This document shows positions 62,459 to 63,804 of a DNA stretch of 63,804 nucleotides, piece after piece. A program made the translations under genes and the position numbers. The DNA is taken from positions 1-63,804 of the forward strand of contig CAYUSW010000007.1 in assembly GCA_964447445.1 (NCBI GenBank), written 5' to 3'. How positions within the stretch are numbered: position 1 is the first letter of the stretch; each line of letters starts with the position of its first letter. The stretch is from an uncultured Thermotogae bacterium. Lineage in GTDB: Bacteria; Bipolaricaulota; Bipolaricaulia; UBA7950; UBA9294. The notes beneath the pieces were generated by a model. That model did not search any database, was not told where the DNA came from, and saw only the letters and a list, made by a program, of their open reading frames with translations.

Positions 62459-63804
62459 CAGGCTCCCGTCCCGGCCGACGCGGCCGAGCCGAAGACGTCC
62501 TCGAACGCCTCCGGTCTGCGCCAGACCTCGACCCGACCGTCCGCATCCACGGCCAGCTTGCCGGGAAGCGGGAACCCGCATGAGTTCGACGCGAAGTGAT
62601 CGGCCGAATACGCGCCGGTGAGGTAGATGGCCAAGCGCTCTCCGACACGCGGGGCGCGGTTCAGGTGCACCTTGACCTTGCTCAGCATGTCACCGGAGAA
62701 GCAGAGACGTCCGGCGAGGAAGGCATCGACCGGCCTGTCGCCGCGGCGTCGCGGCAAGACGGCGGCGGGAAAGATGTCAGGCGTGATGAGATTCGTGCCG
62801 TGGTTCGTGATCCCGACGTCGAGCGACACGACGCGGTTCCCCAGTACGTCTTTCGTGCCGCGCACTTCGACCAACGTCACGCCCGCGGGCGCCATCAGAC
62901 TCCGCCCCGGTTCCGCGATCAGAGTTGGAGACCCGAGCTCGGCCAGGTGCTGCGCGGTCGTCCGGCCGTCGGGATGAACGAAGGTCAAGAGATGTTCGAA
63001 CATCCGAGCGCCAGGGTACGGCGACCAGTACGCCTTGCCAATCCATTCCGAACGCACCTCGCCGCCGGCCGTCCCGTAGCCCATGGGTAAGTCGTTCCAG
63101 GTGACGGCATCCGCCGTCTTGTCCGGGCAGCGCAGGCGCGCGAGCAGGCGCTCGCGGAAGCTCGCCCACTCCGTTTCCGACAGGAACGACACCGGATACC
63201 CGCCGCCGAAGTCGATTCGGGACAGCGGGAGGCCCCGCGACGCGGCGCGCCGCGCCAAGGCGACGAAGTGCACGGCCAGCCGCTCGTAGGCCAGCGGCTG
63301 AGCGATCTGCGTCCCAATGTGGGCCGAGATGCCCTGAAACAAGGCGCCGGGTGCGTCGCAGACGCGAGCGAACACCTCATCCGCCGCCTCGATCGGGAAG
63401 CCGAACTTCGTCCACTCGGATGCCGTCGTTTGATCGTCGGCCGTGAACCCCGAGAGCGGCATGCCCCGGAATCGAACAAGGATCGGGGCTTGCACACCAC
63501 GCTTGATTGCCGCGCGGGAGAGCTCTTCCAGTTCATCTGCGTTGTCGACAGCGCACGTCGCTCCCGATTCCACGATGGCTTCGATGTAGCGGGACGTCTT
63601 TGCGTTTCCGTTGCAGACAATCCTGTCGGACGGAACACCCTCTTCGAGCGCCGCCCGCAGCTCATGCTCGGAGGCCGTGTCCGTTCCGAGTCCCAGCCGG
63701 GCCGCCGCACGGACAGCGCCTCGACACGGGTTCGACTTCACAGCGAAGAGAACGACCGTCCGCGGGTAGAGCCGCCGAGTGACCTCGCGGAACTCGGATG
63801 CCGC
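62458..63804 (-). CDS. PLP-dependent decarboxylase, Orn/DAP/Arg (alanine-racemase-fold) family; 5' end outside the window
   Basis: The frame is open to the window end (AASEFREVTRRLYPRTVVLFAVKSNPC...). FAVKSNP carries the PLP lysine. IDFGGGYP, EPGRSLMAP and GRLCFSGDML are also present. Confidence 0.8.
   Translation of the reverse strand, partial: AASEFREVTRRLYPRTVVLFAVKSNPCRGAVRAAARLGLGTDTASEHELRAALEEGVPSDRIVCNGNAKTSRYIEAIVESGATCAVDNADELEELSRAAIKRGVQAPILVRFRGMPLSGFTADDQTTASEWTKFGFPIEAADEVFARVCDAPGALFQGISAHIGTQIAQPLAYERLAVHFVALARRAASRGLPLSRIDFGGGYPVSFLSETEWASFRERLLARLRCPDKTADAVTWNDLPMGYGTAGGEVRSEWIGKAYWSPYPGARMFEHLLTFVHPDGRTTAQHLAELGSPTLIAEPGRSLMAPAGVTLVEVRGTKDVLGNRVVSLDVGITNHGTNLITPDIFPAAVLPRRRGDRPVDAFLAGRLCFSGDMLSKVKVHLNRAPRVGERLAIYLTGAYSADHFASNSCGFPLPGKLAVDADGRVEVWRRPEAFEDVFGSAASAGTGA

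Overview
GC-rich bacterial chromosomal segment, coding almost end to end. I found no rRNA, tRNA or CRISPR array. All family calls come from motif recognition by eye on the supplied translations and on my own re-translation. No search was run.

Housekeeping blocks:
- lspA-tmk-dnaN, and alaS.
- A translationally coupled eno-ftsB-dnaE-yvcK run.
- An RNA-repair operon, thpR-archease-rtcB.
- A pyrimidine operon, pyrK-pyrD-pyrF-pyrE-(degenerate ThyX-like)-dcd.
- glnS, an MtfA-like peptidase and mutM.

Transport: a polar amino-acid ABC system (5050-8195), a five-gene Opp/Dpp-type ABC system (38532-45342) and two MFS pumps.

The left edge looks degraded or accessory. A partial IS630-family element is inserted into a 4Fe-4S gene, and an M61-peptidase remnant carries an in-frame TAG.

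The most striking property is the density of predicted secreted or lipid-anchored surface proteins. These include DUF4097-like, DUF2807-like, lamin-tail-domain and PDZ lipoproteins, a roughly 16-repeat LRR lipoprotein, and a 1438-aa beta-helix/PKD/caspase protein.

The best candidate for an undescribed system is 45689-51979. It holds five consecutive signal-peptide genes:
- three paralogous subunit-like proteins sharing a near-identical C-terminal strand, one of them with an extra Cys-rich N-terminal domain;
- a two-beta-sandwich protein with a DUF916/DUF3324-like layout;
- an 898-aa mosaic protein.

This parts list resembles chaperone-usher or Csc/WxL surface-fibre loci but shows none of their diagnostic motifs.

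Secondary candidates:
- the secreted caspase giant protein;
- a coupled decarboxylase/CapA-like/CofE-like operon at the right edge;
- the ThyX-like protein lacking the RHR motif;
- a recurring (A/G)TGCTAGA(C/G)T extended -10-like box in front of three minus-strand surface or transport genes, with a related box before thpR.
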